Assembly: GCA_964524715.1 (NCBI GenBank)
Contig: CAZGGF010000002.1
Span: 11,630-75,629, forward strand
Source of the DNA: an uncultured Verrucomicrobiota bacterium
GTDB lineage: Bacteria > Verrucomicrobiota > Verrucomicrobiia > CAIQCK01
DNA length: 64,000 nt
Direction of reading: 5' to 3'
A model generated the notes under the pieces. The model saw only the letters and a program-made list of their open reading frames with translations. It was not told the origin of the DNA and did not search any database. A program made the translations under genes and the position numbers. Below are positions 20,244 to 29,990 of this stretch, one piece after another (the first letter of the stretch is position 1; each line of letters starts with the position of its first letter).

Positions 20244-21224
20244 ATGAGCAAGAGCAAGATCAAGCGCAAGAAGCAAAATATAAATCAGGTCGACCAAGTC
20301 GCCCAAGCCAAGACCCTGGCGGAAGGCATCGTCGGAACCGTGCACTGGACCACAGACACTTTGGGCCATTGCACCTGCCCCGACGAACACTTACACAAGG
20401 CAAAGAGCGCCAGCCAGGATTGCAGCATCAAACTGGACGGCATGCCCAAGATCTCGTGCTTCCATCAGGACTGCAGGGACCCGGTTGCCGATACCACCGA
20501 ACAACTCCGGACCGCCTTGAAAGACGCTGGGATTCGTTTCGACGCGCAGGATTACAAGAAGAGCAAGGACGACAAGGCGCGGATCGAGGCCATTCGCAAG
20601 ATGGAGCGTCTCCACAAACGGACCGTGGCGCTGCAAGGTCGCGTCTTCAAGATCCACCGTTGGCCCTACGCCGATATTATAAAGGCGGCGCCAGTTCCGG
20701 CGAACGGCAAGCCCTCTGAGCACTGGAAGCTGCTGCTTAAGCTATTCAAGCCTGGCGACATCGTCTGGATTGGCGAGAAGGATGACAGCGGAAAAGCGCA
20801 ACACGCGAAGCACTTCAAGAGGGCCCAGGATTGGCTGAACGAGAAGAAGCCCTTCGGCCCCTTCATCTGCCCGTCTGCATTCAAGCCCGGCAGTGTATCG
20901 CGCTGCAATGACTGTGTGTCTGTCCGCCGGTTCCTCGTGGTGGGGGCGGACACAATCGATCGTGACCAGCTCGGTGCAGTCTTCCGATGGCTCCGGGACA
21001 AGGTAAAGTTGCCGCTTCACGCGATTGTGGAGGCGGCAGACAAGTCGATGCAAGGCTGGTTCGAATTCCCTGGGGCCGCTCATGCCGACGAACTGCGGAC
21101 GATCCTGCCTGCGCTGGGCTGCCAGGTTGATTTCTTCCGTCCGAGTCAGCCGTGCAATCTGCCAGGCTTCCCGGATGCAGAGGGAAGGCCAACGCGATTG
21201 GTTTACCTCGGGGAGATGAAATAA
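20244..21224 (+). CDS. Zinc-finger protein, putative primase (AEP/prim-pol-like)
   Basis: HCTCPDEHLHK…DCSIKLDG…ISCFHQDC is a metal-binding cluster. LVVGADTIDRD is a possible hhhDxD catalytic motif. It sits immediately upstream of the P-loop helicase gene. Confidence 0.4.
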   Translation: MSKSKIKRKKQNINQVDQVAQAKTLAEGIVGTVHWTTDTLGHCTCPDEHLHKAKSASQDCSIKLDGMPKISCFHQDCRDPVADTTEQLRTALKDAGIRFDAQDYKKSKDDKARIEAIRKMERLHKRTVALQGRVFKIHRWPYADIIKAAPVPANGKPSEHWKLLLKLFKPGDIVWIGEKDDSGKAQHAKHFKRAQDWLNEKKPFGPFICPSAFKPGSVSRCNDCVSVRRFLVVGADTIDRDQLGAVFRWLRDKVKLPLHAIVEAADKSMQGWFEFPGAAHADELRTILPALGCQVDFFRPSQPCNLPGFPDAEGRPTRLVYLGEMK

Positions 21225-22543
21225 TGAACAGGCCAAGCACAGTGTTGCCTCTGCCGGAGGTTTACTACGATCACCAGCGGAAGCAGTTCTACGTCCAAGA
21301 CAAACAGGGGGACTGGATCATCTTCAGCCAGTGTGATGTCGAACGCTACTTGAGGGACATCGGCTATTCCATCAAGAGGTCTGGTTCCGAGAACTCCGAG
21401 GTGCACGACTGCATTCTCAACATCCAGCGTGAACAGAACATCGCCTACGCTGGATCGCTGGCGGGGTATTCGAAGGGCTGCTATGAAATCCAAGGCAACC
21501 GCATCCTCGTCACCACCTCGCCCAAGTTGATCGTGCCACAGCCGGGTGATTGCCCCCTCCTGCGCAGGTTGTTTGATGGACTGTTAATTGATGGAGCGAC
21601 GGACCAGCGGCCCTACGTGTTTGGCTGGCTGAAGGTCGCCGTTGATTCTCTCTACTCGGGTGAACTGCGTCCTGGACAGGCGTTGGTATTGGCCGGCGTA
21701 AGGGACTGCGGCAAATCGCTGCTCCAGAACCTCATCACCATCATGCTGGGGGGCCGCTCAGCCAAGCCCTACCAGTTCATGACGGACAGGACCGCCTTCA
21801 ACGCAGACCTGTTCGAGGCGGAGCACCTGATGATTGAGGATGAGCCAGCCTCCAAGGACATCCGCGCCAGGCGCGCCTTCGGCAATACGATCAAGCAGAT
21901 CACGGCGGCCGACGTGCAGCGCTGCCATGCGAAGAACCGCCAGGCGCTCTCGTTGACCCCGTTCTGGCGGATTACGGTGTCAGTCAACAGCGAGCCAGAG
22001 AACCTCATGGTGCTGCCTCCCTTGGACGAAAGCATCGAGGACAAGCTGATTATCATCAAGGCAATGAAAGTACCGATGCCGATGCCCACGACAACGCCAG
22101 CCCAGAGAAAGGAATTCTGGAACAGGCTCATCCAGGAACTGCCCGCCTTTGTCCATCATTTGCAGACGATGGAGATACCTGAAACACTGAGGCACGGCCG
22201 GTTTGGCGTCATTCACTTCCACCACCCCGAACTCGTTGCAGCCATCAACAGTGAGTCGCCCGAAGAGATCCTTTTGGCGCTGATTGACGCCAGATGCTTC
22301 GATGAAGGCGATGCTGTATGGACAGGCACGGCGGAAGTCTTGACGGCCCGCCTGACCGACCAAAGCGCCAAGTCATCCCGTACGGCGAACCAACTGCTGT
22401 CCCACCCGTCAACGTGCGGCCACTATTTGGGCCGCTTGCGCACTCGTTACCCTCACAGGTTCTCTCAAGGCAGGGATCGCAATGCCCGGGTCTGGACCAT
22501 TCACGCTCCAGATCATCTGCAGCCCCGGGAAGGGCAGGGGTGA
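21224..22543 (+). CDS. Phage/plasmid primase-helicase P-loop NTPase (D5_N/DUF5906/VirE-like)
   Basis: Walker A is ALVLAGVRDCGKSLLQNLITIMLGG. Walker B-like is HLMIEDEP. The architecture matches primase C-terminal NTPases of satellites and phage-plasmids. Confidence 0.6.
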   Translation: MNRPSTVLPLPEVYYDHQRKQFYVQDKQGDWIIFSQCDVERYLRDIGYSIKRSGSENSEVHDCILNIQREQNIAYAGSLAGYSKGCYEIQGNRILVTTSPKLIVPQPGDCPLLRRLFDGLLIDGATDQRPYVFGWLKVAVDSLYSGELRPGQALVLAGVRDCGKSLLQNLITIMLGGRSAKPYQFMTDRTAFNADLFEAEHLMIEDEPASKDIRARRAFGNTIKQITAADVQRCHAKNRQALSLTPFWRITVSVNSEPENLMVLPPLDESIEDKLIIIKAMKVPMPMPTTTPAQRKEFWNRLIQELPAFVHHLQTMEIPETLRHGRFGVIHFHHPELVAAINSESPEEILLALIDARCFDEGDAVWTGTAEVLTARLTDQSAKSSRTANQLLSHPSTCGHYLGRLRTRYPHRFSQGRDRNARVWTIHAPDHLQPREGQG

Positions 22544-22559
22544 CACCGTCACAGTAGAT

Positions 22560-22925
22560 CGCACGCTCCCATTGGTTGACACGACTCTGCCAGACTGCCA
22601 GATACTTTATACCCTCTATTCATTCATTTAATAACAACCCAACTACGTAATAATACCTATAGCTAATAACTACCTATGTAAGACGTGTAGAATAGTCTGG
22701 CAGTCTGGCAGTGGGTTGTTGACATGCGCTGTGGGTACCTGGGTCACATATCTTATTCCGGGTCTTTACTAAGTATGGCGCTTATAGTTAGGCCGTCCAT
22801 TTGCCAACGTAGTACGTTGTGCTATATTAATACTCTATAGAGACTAGAGACTCTCTATAAGTGCAGTGAAGAGTCAGAGTAGATAGTCTCTTGACAGGTC
22901 GAGAGACCTGTGGTAAGTTGCAGTA
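22560..22925. promoter_or_regulatory. AT-rich ori-like/regulatory region with iterons, inverted repeats and an operator-overlapped promoter
   Basis: 15-bp inverted repeats CTGCCAGACTGCCAG (22587) and CTGGCAGTCTGGCAG (22697) flank an AT-rich stretch of about 90 bp. Each repeat contains a CTGCCAGA x2 iteron. TATAGAGAC-TAGAGAC-TCTCTATA lies at 22833-22860. TTGACA(22891)-17nt-TAAGTT carries the CAGGTC-GAGA-GACCTG palindrome in its spacer. Confidence 0.45.
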
Positions 22926-23012
22926 CGACTTAAAGCAGGACCGCTTACTTGTCCCGCCTAGATTGATGCTTCGGATGTTTCGAGCATCCCAACTTCAGAT
23001 ACCCCGTGCCGT

Positions 23013-23801
23013 ATGTATTTATTACGGCGCGCTCTTGCACATGGACAGCAAGCGCCGCGTGCAAGCGATTCGAAGACTGCACAGCGTAATATGAACAACG
23101 TAACGAATAGTAATAACGGCGTCGGCAAAGCCCAGACCACGGTGGAGACAGGCGCAGCCACCAACAATGATACATTGGCAAAGACCGATGCTCCCAAGAC
23201 AAGCATCGGAGATAAGAAGCCAGCGACCCCCAAGGGCAAATCCAAGAAACGCGCCAAGGCTAACCGCGCACCCATCATGGTGGACCAAGAAACAGCCGAC
23301 AGGATGGCAATCGCAAGCGTATACGATGCTCTGTTGGGGCACGCCCCAGGTAACAGCGCTGGCGACAATGCAGGAGCAGCATTTGATTCAGTGACACTGA
23401 TGGCACTGGAAATGGAAGCACGCAGGGAGGGAGGTGAAGCGTGGAAGGCAGATGAATGGGTGTCAATTGGGGACGGGTATATCCGCATGGACATGTATGA
23501 GGAGGCTCTTCACGCCTATCAACGCGCTTACGAAATAGCCCCGGAACAGATCTATACTCAGATGCAACTTGCTGCCGCCTACCTCGAGTTGGAAAGAGCA
23601 GACGAGGCTTACCCGTTGCTGATGGATGTAACAGAAGAGGAAGTTGAACAAGTGGGCTTCAAGTATTGGGTCACTCTAGCCAGGTGCTATTATCTCCTAG
23701 GTCGGCACGAAGATGTCAGAACCGCAGTAAAGAAAGCCTTGGAATATGAAGATGAACACCCCGAATGCAGGACACTACTTAAATTAGCGGGGCTCCTGTA
23801 A
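23013..23801 (+). CDS. TPR-repeat protein with low-complexity basic N-terminus
   Basis: C-terminal TPR-like helices (…YEEALHAYQRAYEIAPEQIYTQMQLAAAYLELERADEAY…). Lower GC than the flanks. The start may be the internal ATG at 23093. Confidence 0.45.
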   Translation: MYLLRRALAHGQQAPRASDSKTAQRNMNNVTNSNNGVGKAQTTVETGAATNNDTLAKTDAPKTSIGDKKPATPKGKSKKRAKANRAPIMVDQETADRMAIASVYDALLGHAPGNSAGDNAGAAFDSVTLMALEMEARREGGEAWKADEWVSIGDGYIRMDMYEEALHAYQRAYEIAPEQIYTQMQLAAAYLELERADEAYPLLMDVTEEEVEQVGFKYWVTLARCYYLLGRHEDVRTAVKKALEYEDEHPECRTLLKLAGLL

Positions 23802-23983
23802 CGGATCGAATACAGTAACGCGATAAGGATTCCTTGATGAGCGGAGCAAAAGGACCCATGAACAACGTGAAGATACAGCACTCAGCACCAACTATAGGTA
23901 AGGGTTCTTCCTCTCTCGATCATACACCCCTGGCCGCCGGGGGTTAACACGCGCGGCATCGTAGTAACTCGAAGGACAATACA

Positions 23984-24631
23984 ATGAAAGACGAAGACAA
24001 ATCACATACAGGGGCAGAACAAGGAAAGGGCTACTCTGGTGACCAGCCAGAGGACGGTGTCTCAAGCGCAAGTGACCGCAAGCCACATTACCTGAGCCCG
24101 CGCTACATACGGATGGCCGCGGTGATGATCATTGGGGAGTGCGTTGGTGGAAGGTTGCTAACTCTCCGGTTGCCGCTAACTGGAAAAGAATGCTCCGGTG
24201 GAACCGGGGTTGGAGAAGCCGATGGGCGCAACACCGAGCTGCAGTTCATACCCAAAGACGCAGCCACAACACTGCTTGGCGAGTACATTGAGACATGGAA
24301 GAGGCAAGTTGCTTCGGGTGAACTCACCAAGCTATTCGAGATGTATGGCGGCTGTGGATGTCAGTTGCTGGGCGCCACGCCAACTTCAGACTTCTGTGCG
24401 AGTAAACGGCGCGTGTTGTTGGCCGTGCTGAATGACCCGGTGGTTCATAGAGCCATCCTGATCTGCGCTGAATCACTGCACAAGGTAGTTGAACGAGAAA
24501 GCCCGTTCATCCTGCACAGGCCGCACATTGAGCGGCTGTGTAATACGTGTCTGGAGTTCGGTGAGCTGGTAGTGCCCACCGTGCAGGAAGATTGGATCAC
24601 ACAAATGTTAAGGATATACACGAAGGGATAA
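23984..24631 (+). CDS. Hypothetical protein (ORFan)
   Basis: 215-aa ORF in the lower-GC block. No recognisable domain. Confidence 0.4.
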   Translation: MKDEDKSHTGAEQGKGYSGDQPEDGVSSASDRKPHYLSPRYIRMAAVMIIGECVGGRLLTLRLPLTGKECSGGTGVGEADGRNTELQFIPKDAATTLLGEYIETWKRQVASGELTKLFEMYGGCGCQLLGATPTSDFCASKRRVLLAVLNDPVVHRAILICAESLHKVVERESPFILHRPHIERLCNTCLEFGELVVPTVQEDWITQMLRIYTKG

Positions 24632-24736
24632 ATGCTGCGTTGGGGTGGGGGGCGGATCCACATTCATACTGGCGTATTGCTATGAGCTGCGCAGGCGCCA
24701 GGGATTCCGCCCTCCACGTTTCAGCAAGAGACATCG

Positions 24737-26056
24737 ATGAATACACATAACTATAGATTGCCCGGCCGCGGGCGAAACAATCGCGGCCAAAGACGTAAGA
24801 GTGAGAATAGCATTATGAAGAATACAAGCAACAAGGCAGTAGGCACCGGGACCAAACAAGTCCTGAACGTGGCGGACAGTGGTGCCCCCGCCAATGTTGA
24901 TAGTGGAAAGACAACGAACGAAGAACATAACCGCGCCAAACGCTGGTTCCTTAAGATATGCGTAGAAGCTGGTATCTCCCCCAAGGAGTTCTGGCTGCTG
25001 GACGAAATGCTCGACATGCCGACCAAGTACTCCAGGAATCGTGGATACGCTCCCTGGGCGTTTACGGCGGAGCAACTGTCAGAGATGCTGGAGGACAAGC
25101 GCAGAATAGAGGCGCATGACAAGCGGTACGAACAGGTCTCACTGGCGGCCATTCAACAGGTGATGGACAAGCTCTTCGACGGACGAAAGCTCGATGCTGA
25201 TCGTGTGATTTCGCATATCCACATTCACCGCGCCGGCCTCGATGAAGTCGATAAGGCTGGCCGCCAGGTTAGGTTGCCCGTCTACACGTTCTGGAGCAAC
25301 CCGGAAGAGCGGAAGAATGGGTGTGCGAAATACAAGGCCATGACGTTTAGCGAGAAAGAGGTTCAGGAGGCTGAGAAGGAGATCAAGGCGGAGCTTCATG
25401 CAAGGTCCTGTGACGTTGCGGCCTATGCCCGGAAAGAAATGAGGAGAAAGCGGTCCAAGATCCGGGAGAACTCCCGCGTTGTACTGGACAAGGAATTCGA
25501 GGGCCTGAATGAGAGGGCGAGGGTCTTCCTTTGTCGGGATGAGTACTGGAACAACTACTCCCGGCGCCTGCAGAAAGAACATGGCATAACAGCCGAGGAG
25601 TGCAGAGTGTTGGAATGCCTAACGAGTCTTGACTGGCGCTGTGGCCATACGATGAATGACCTGGCGGCCTACGTTAACCAGAGCACGGCCAACAAACTCC
25701 ATCCATCGAAGTGGCCAGAGGCAAAGTTCATCACCGGCGAGGAAGTTAGGGCGATCTTGCAGAAGCTTTGGAACAAGAAGGGTTCTGGCGGCTCAGTCGA
25801 GTTTGGCGATTGCTGGATATCCTGTGATGAATCCGCGCGGACAGACGAACACGGCGAGAGTGCAACACTCGATGGCTGTTCCATAAGCCCCAACTTCAAT
25901 AACTGGTTATTGCTGGAACTCCACGCTTACGAGGCGGAGATCATCAGGGGCAGCCTGGTGAAGACGGCCTCGGGTGACTGGGTAATGCTGGATACAGGTG
26001 AGGTGGCGTTCAAGGGCGAAGCCAAGCCCAGTGAGCCACTGAAGGCTGCTGCTTAG
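24737..26056 (+). CDS. Hypothetical protein (ORFan, 439 aa)
   Basis: Long ORF with coding-like composition in the lower-GC block. No recognisable domain. Confidence 0.45.
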   Translation: MNTHNYRLPGRGRNNRGQRRKSENSIMKNTSNKAVGTGTKQVLNVADSGAPANVDSGKTTNEEHNRAKRWFLKICVEAGISPKEFWLLDEMLDMPTKYSRNRGYAPWAFTAEQLSEMLEDKRRIEAHDKRYEQVSLAAIQQVMDKLFDGRKLDADRVISHIHIHRAGLDEVDKAGRQVRLPVYTFWSNPEERKNGCAKYKAMTFSEKEVQEAEKEIKAELHARSCDVAAYARKEMRRKRSKIRENSRVVLDKEFEGLNERARVFLCRDEYWNNYSRRLQKEHGITAEECRVLECLTSLDWRCGHTMNDLAAYVNQSTANKLHPSKWPEAKFITGEEVRAILQKLWNKKGSGGSVEFGDCWISCDESARTDEHGESATLDGCSISPNFNNWLLLELHAYEAEIIRGSLVKTASGDWVMLDTGEVAFKGEAKPSEPLKAAA

Positions 26057-26845
26057 TAAAACGAACGCAGAAGGATGCCCGGAACCAAAGTTGCTGTACT
26101 TGAACCCGGAGGCAGATGGAATTCCTATCGCGAACAGAATACCAAAGCCACAGGTGAGTGAGGATGTTGGCGTTGTTCTTCTCAAGGCGGCGTGATGCAA
26201 CAAATGAGCGTTATCGAGTAACTAACTAGTCGGTAGGAGGCGGGCCCCAACCTCATGCTTCACTATGGACCAATACGGTTCTTCCATAGTGATGGGGGTC
26301 CGCCTTCCTATTTGTTGAAGATCAATCTACCAGGTCGTCCAAAGAAGCAGCATCCTTCATACGTTATAAGAGAGGTGCCGCTTTATCGTCGTCGGTACCC
26401 AATGTCACCAATTGGCGACACTCTCAAGAAGCCCATCCTGCCCCCGTCAGCCACACAGACCGACTATGGCATGGTCATGTGGGAATGGACTTGGTCGGAG
26501 ACATCAATACGTGAATCCCCCTCCAACATCTTGAATAATCCTCAAAACAAGGCTGAAAGCGGCGATAGATGGGTTCTTACAGCTCTCTTCGTAAGTGTCT
26601 CATAAACTCACGGTTAAGAGCTGCCCTTACTCCGCACAGTTTCGATATGTTACACTGCTCTTATAGGGGGGCGGGTAATCACTCCTTTTCACACATTGGC
26701 ACTTCCTGCGGTGCCGTTATGACGAGCAAGGGAGGAGCAAGAGCAATTCAACCTGGGATTCCGAAAGGATTTGATTTGAGGGGCCAAGATGAAAAGTATC
26801 ACCGAGGCTGGAAGGGGTTGGCTTGCCACGTCCCTGACCTTGCCA

Positions 26846-26913
26846 CCGTCGATGTGGGCCTGAACTGAGTTCGGACGGATTGTGGGATCTGTGGCGTCCG
26901 TCTCGTTGAAATA
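26846..26913 (+). repeat. ~70-nt structured repeat, copy A
   Basis: GTCGATGTGG…CTGAACTGAGTTCGGACGGATTGTGGGATCTGTGGCGTCCGTCTCGTTGAAAT. It shares TGAG-TTCGGACGGAT-N-TGGCGTCCG-N-GTTGAAA with the copies at 30046 and 51149. Confidence 0.55.
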
Positions 26914-27305
26914 TTGGTGACCGGGTGCTTTCTGTTTGATTGCCGATGCTATCTTCAGCGATTTTGATATGCTATGCAACCTCTGGAAGCTCGACTATTC
27001 TGAATGCCCAAGCAGCCGTTCGTGGTTTGGCTGAGTATCTGACACATGAAAGGCCAAATACGATGCAATGTCGAAAGGTTGGCACTTCCCGGAAGCGACC
27101 CTGTGGTGGGACATCTTTCCGAAGCGAGCTAAGAACGTGGTCTCCATGCGCAAACACAAAGTCGCAGCCTGATTCTCTGGCTGTCGAAACTCCCGCGTAA
27201 GCCAGCTTACGAAAGTTGAGGCGGAGCGGTTTTGGGCACGGCGACCGGCTTCGGGTTTACAAGTTACCCGTTAGTCGATAATCCGGACCTGTTGTTTCGC
27301 TAAGC

Positions 27306-27560
27306 CTAGTGCGAAACGCCCTCGTTGCGGCAAGGCCACGACAAGTCTTGAAACTGGCGGGCCTTGCCGACGGAGTTTGTCGCCGAAGCTGGAAAGAGCG
27401 CGGCGAACGTCCTGTTCATCGAGCGATGAGTCTCTAATCTTGCTCCGCCAGTCAATTGAAATATCACGGGGTATTGTCGCAATGAATTGGATGCGCCATT
27501 GTTCGACAGCATCGGCGAGTTCCTTGATCCCCGCGAACGGTGGACGTCAAGGGTGAGTTT
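27306..27560 (-). pseudogene. Frameshifted gene remnant (unknown family)
   Basis: Two minus-strand frames join to give …FHHLPGLDGLFFIETAWKKSGDKLTLDVHR / GIKELADAVEQWRIQFIATIPRDISIDWRSKIRDSSLDEQDVRRALSSFGDKLRRQGPPVSR…, a coherent peptide broken by a frameshift near 27540. Confidence 0.3.
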
Positions 27561-27623
27561 ATCGCCGCTCTTCTTCCACGCGGTCTCGATGAAGAATAAT
27601 CCGTCCAGACCGGGCAGGTGGTG

Positions 27624-27706
27624 AAACTGAACTGAACTGAACTGATAGGAAATTGCTTTTGACGCCCAGATCACGCTTGCACAGGGGGGGGGGGATTTCC
27701 TATCAG
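27624..27706. repeat. Simple-sequence cluster: (AACTG)x4, a 12-bp inverted repeat and a G11 tract
   Basis: AACTG occurs four times in tandem at 27625-27644. CTGATAGGAAAT (27642-27653) is the inverted partner of ATTTCCTATCAG (27695-27706). The 41-nt loop between them contains GGGGGGGGGGG (27684-27694). The cluster lies 10 nt 3' of the minus-strand gene that ends at 27713. Confidence 0.7.
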
Positions 27707-27712
27707 TAAACG

Positions 27713-29245
27713 TCAGCGCTTCTTCGCCGGGGACGACACCTTATCCAGCTCTTTCAAGATGGCGACCGTCGCTTCAACCAGCTCGACACCGCCCTCGGGA
27801 CCCACCACGCAGCTCTGCGGAATGGCACCGTAGCCCTTGTTCTTCACCGCCCGTTCGGTGGGCAGATAGGTGGGGGTGGTCGTGCTGCTGGTGAGCTGGA
27901 CCACGAAAGTCTGGACAAAGGGACTGCGCCCCTGAATCCGTTTGCCGTAATCGACCGGGAACTCGAAGGGGTTGCTGGCAAAGGCGATGTCACCCAACCG
28001 CACCACATGGAACTCGATCTCCTGACGCGGCTGCGTCAAATTGCGTTCATAGGTCTCCAGCACCCGGTTGGAACGTCCTTTGCCGGAGTCGACATTATCC
28101 TTCCACTTTTTGAGTTCTTTCGGAGTGAGTCCGGCGGCGGGCTGCATTGTTTCCAGCACGGCGAGGTCGCGTCTGGCCTGGGCGCAATCCTCCTCGGAAA
28201 TCTTGAACTTCGAGAGTCCGATCGTTTTGGTGACGTGACAAATTGGAAGAGTGTCGAAACGCTCTTTCCCCGCCCACGACAGTGTGCGGTCAAGCGCGGC
28301 CACAACGCGTTCGCTGATCTCAATGCGGTCGAACTCTTCGCGGTACGCCGGCATTCTGCCGTAGCGCAGACGCCAGCGGCGATCCTGGGCACGGTCGTAA
28401 TTCATGTGCCGGTAGCGCGGCGCAAGATCCCCGGCGGCGGAGCACTGCGAGAGCACAAAGACGTCGCCGTAGTTCTTTCTGATCATATCGCGCAGCGGCG
28501 CGCAGAAGTCGGCGGACTGATGGTAGTTGCTGTTGAGATTCTCGGCCGGCGACGGCACATTGACGATCATACCGGTGAGTTTGTCGCTCATGTCGTAGGT
28601 GAAGAGGAACTGCACGAAGGGGTCGGCTATCGCTTCGACGTGGCTGAATTTGTCGTCGTTGTGGCTGCCGTACATCTTGCAGTGACCATTGCACTGGATA
28701 CCGGGAATCCCGGCCATGTCCGGACGCTTCGAGACATCATCAAGGTAGACGGTGCGCCGGTTGAAAGCGCTGGTGGCGAAATCGTAGCCGTAGGCCACTT
28801 TGCCCGGAGCGCGCTTCTTCCACGCCTCGACGATGGCGGCGGCGGCCTGGTCGACGAAGAACTTGTGGTACTTCAGCGACAATTGGTCGCGCCAGTAGAA
28901 GCCTGCATTGGAGTGGCTGTGGGTGGCCGAGAAGAAGATTTTCTCAAGCGGAATGTTGGGATCAAGTTTTTCCACCTCCCGACGGACCTCTGCGTTGAGG
29001 GAAGGCAGCACAAAGATGATGTCGGCCGAGAGGAAGATCACGCAGTCCTTGCCGCCGTCGATGACAAGACTCGTGACCGAGAGTTTGTCCAGCGGCCCCT
29101 GGGAGATGCGCTCGTACATCATGCCCGACAATTTGATCGGGTCGTTGGTGGTGATGTCGCGCGTGGCCCAGCCGATGTTGAGCGCTTCGGCCTCAAGCCC
29201 GCCAGCCAGCAATGCCGCCGACAAGAGTAAAAGTGCTTTTTTCAT
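27713..29245 (-). CDS. Secreted neutral/alkaline ceramidase-like hydrolase (N-terminal domain family)
   Basis: Signal peptide MKKALLLLSAALLAGGLEA. …IGWATRDITTNDPIKLSGMMYER… and SATHSHSNAGFYW resemble the ceramidase_alk N-terminal domain. 510 aa, shorter than canonical enzymes. Confidence 0.45.
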   Translation of the reverse strand: MKKALLLLSAALLAGGLEAEALNIGWATRDITTNDPIKLSGMMYERISQGPLDKLSVTSLVIDGGKDCVIFLSADIIFVLPSLNAEVRREVEKLDPNIPLEKIFFSATHSHSNAGFYWRDQLSLKYHKFFVDQAAAAIVEAWKKRAPGKVAYGYDFATSAFNRRTVYLDDVSKRPDMAGIPGIQCNGHCKMYGSHNDDKFSHVEAIADPFVQFLFTYDMSDKLTGMIVNVPSPAENLNSNYHQSADFCAPLRDMIRKNYGDVFVLSQCSAAGDLAPRYRHMNYDRAQDRRWRLRYGRMPAYREEFDRIEISERVVAALDRTLSWAGKERFDTLPICHVTKTIGLSKFKISEEDCAQARRDLAVLETMQPAAGLTPKELKKWKDNVDSGKGRSNRVLETYERNLTQPRQEIEFHVVRLGDIAFASNPFEFPVDYGKRIQGRSPFVQTFVVQLTSSTTTPTYLPTERAVKNKGYGAIPQSCVVGPEGGVELVEATVAILKELDKVSSPAKKR

Positions 29246-29419
29246 GAGGGAACTCCCGGTAACTATTTTTCTGAACTAAGTTGAGGGTTGAGGTTCAGTT
29301 TTTGGTGTTCTGGCGGTCATGGTATCTCCTGTGGTTGTTGATATTCTGTTGTTGGTTTCTTCGTTTCGATTCGTTGGTTCTTCGTTTTCAGACGGCTCAT
29401 AGCGGTAATAACTGCAACC

Positions 29420-29990
29420 GCACGATCTGTTCATAGCGGGCCAGATTGCAGAGCAGGTTGATCAACCCGATCGCCGCCGCGTTGCGCCGCGCATACTTCT
29501 CGATCAAGGGATAGGAATTTTGATTCTGGCCGCCTCACGGTGCGGCGCTGGTTTTCGGCCTGCAGGCGTAGCCCGCCAGGCCGGTGAGCAGGCCGAGGAA
29601 ATCCACCGAGGCAAAATCCACGCTCCGCCTGTCGCACTGGCTCTCTGGAGGCCGTGGTTGTGCTCATCCGTGGTTTGCGCGGCATTATCGTCCGGCGAAA
29701 ATCCGACGCAAGCACAAACTCCCCGCGATTCCAATGACGCGAATGCGAATTGCTCTCAGCTCTGTATGCAGTCACTACTTCGCCGTTGATTCACACCGAT
29801 AGCTGTCCGCTTACACTCCAGCACGGCGCGGTCGCCTTCCGTGCGCAGGAACTTCACGCCGGTCGCTTTCGCCAGCGGCTTGCCGACTTCGGTGATCGCG
29901 TCGGCGCTCTTGGTGGGCAGGAGGAAGGCGGCTTTCTGTTTAATGCCCCATCCGCATCTGTAATCTGCCTACGTTCGTGGAACACCAGGA
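29420..29990 (-). pseudogene. Gene remnants (no intact ORF)
   Basis: Minus-strand coding-like fragments include …QKAAFLLPTKSADAITEVGKPLAKATGVKFLRTEGDRAVLECKR… and …LIEKYARRNAAAIGLINLLCNLARYEQIV…, with no intact ORF. Confidence 0.25.

Noticed and set aside
29255-29290. Hairpin CTGAAC…GTTCAG followed by TTTTT on the plus strand
   Set aside because: No plus-strand gene ends here. It lies upstream of the minus-strand ceramidase-like gene start, so it is more likely a chance structure or part of that gene's 5' region than a terminator.
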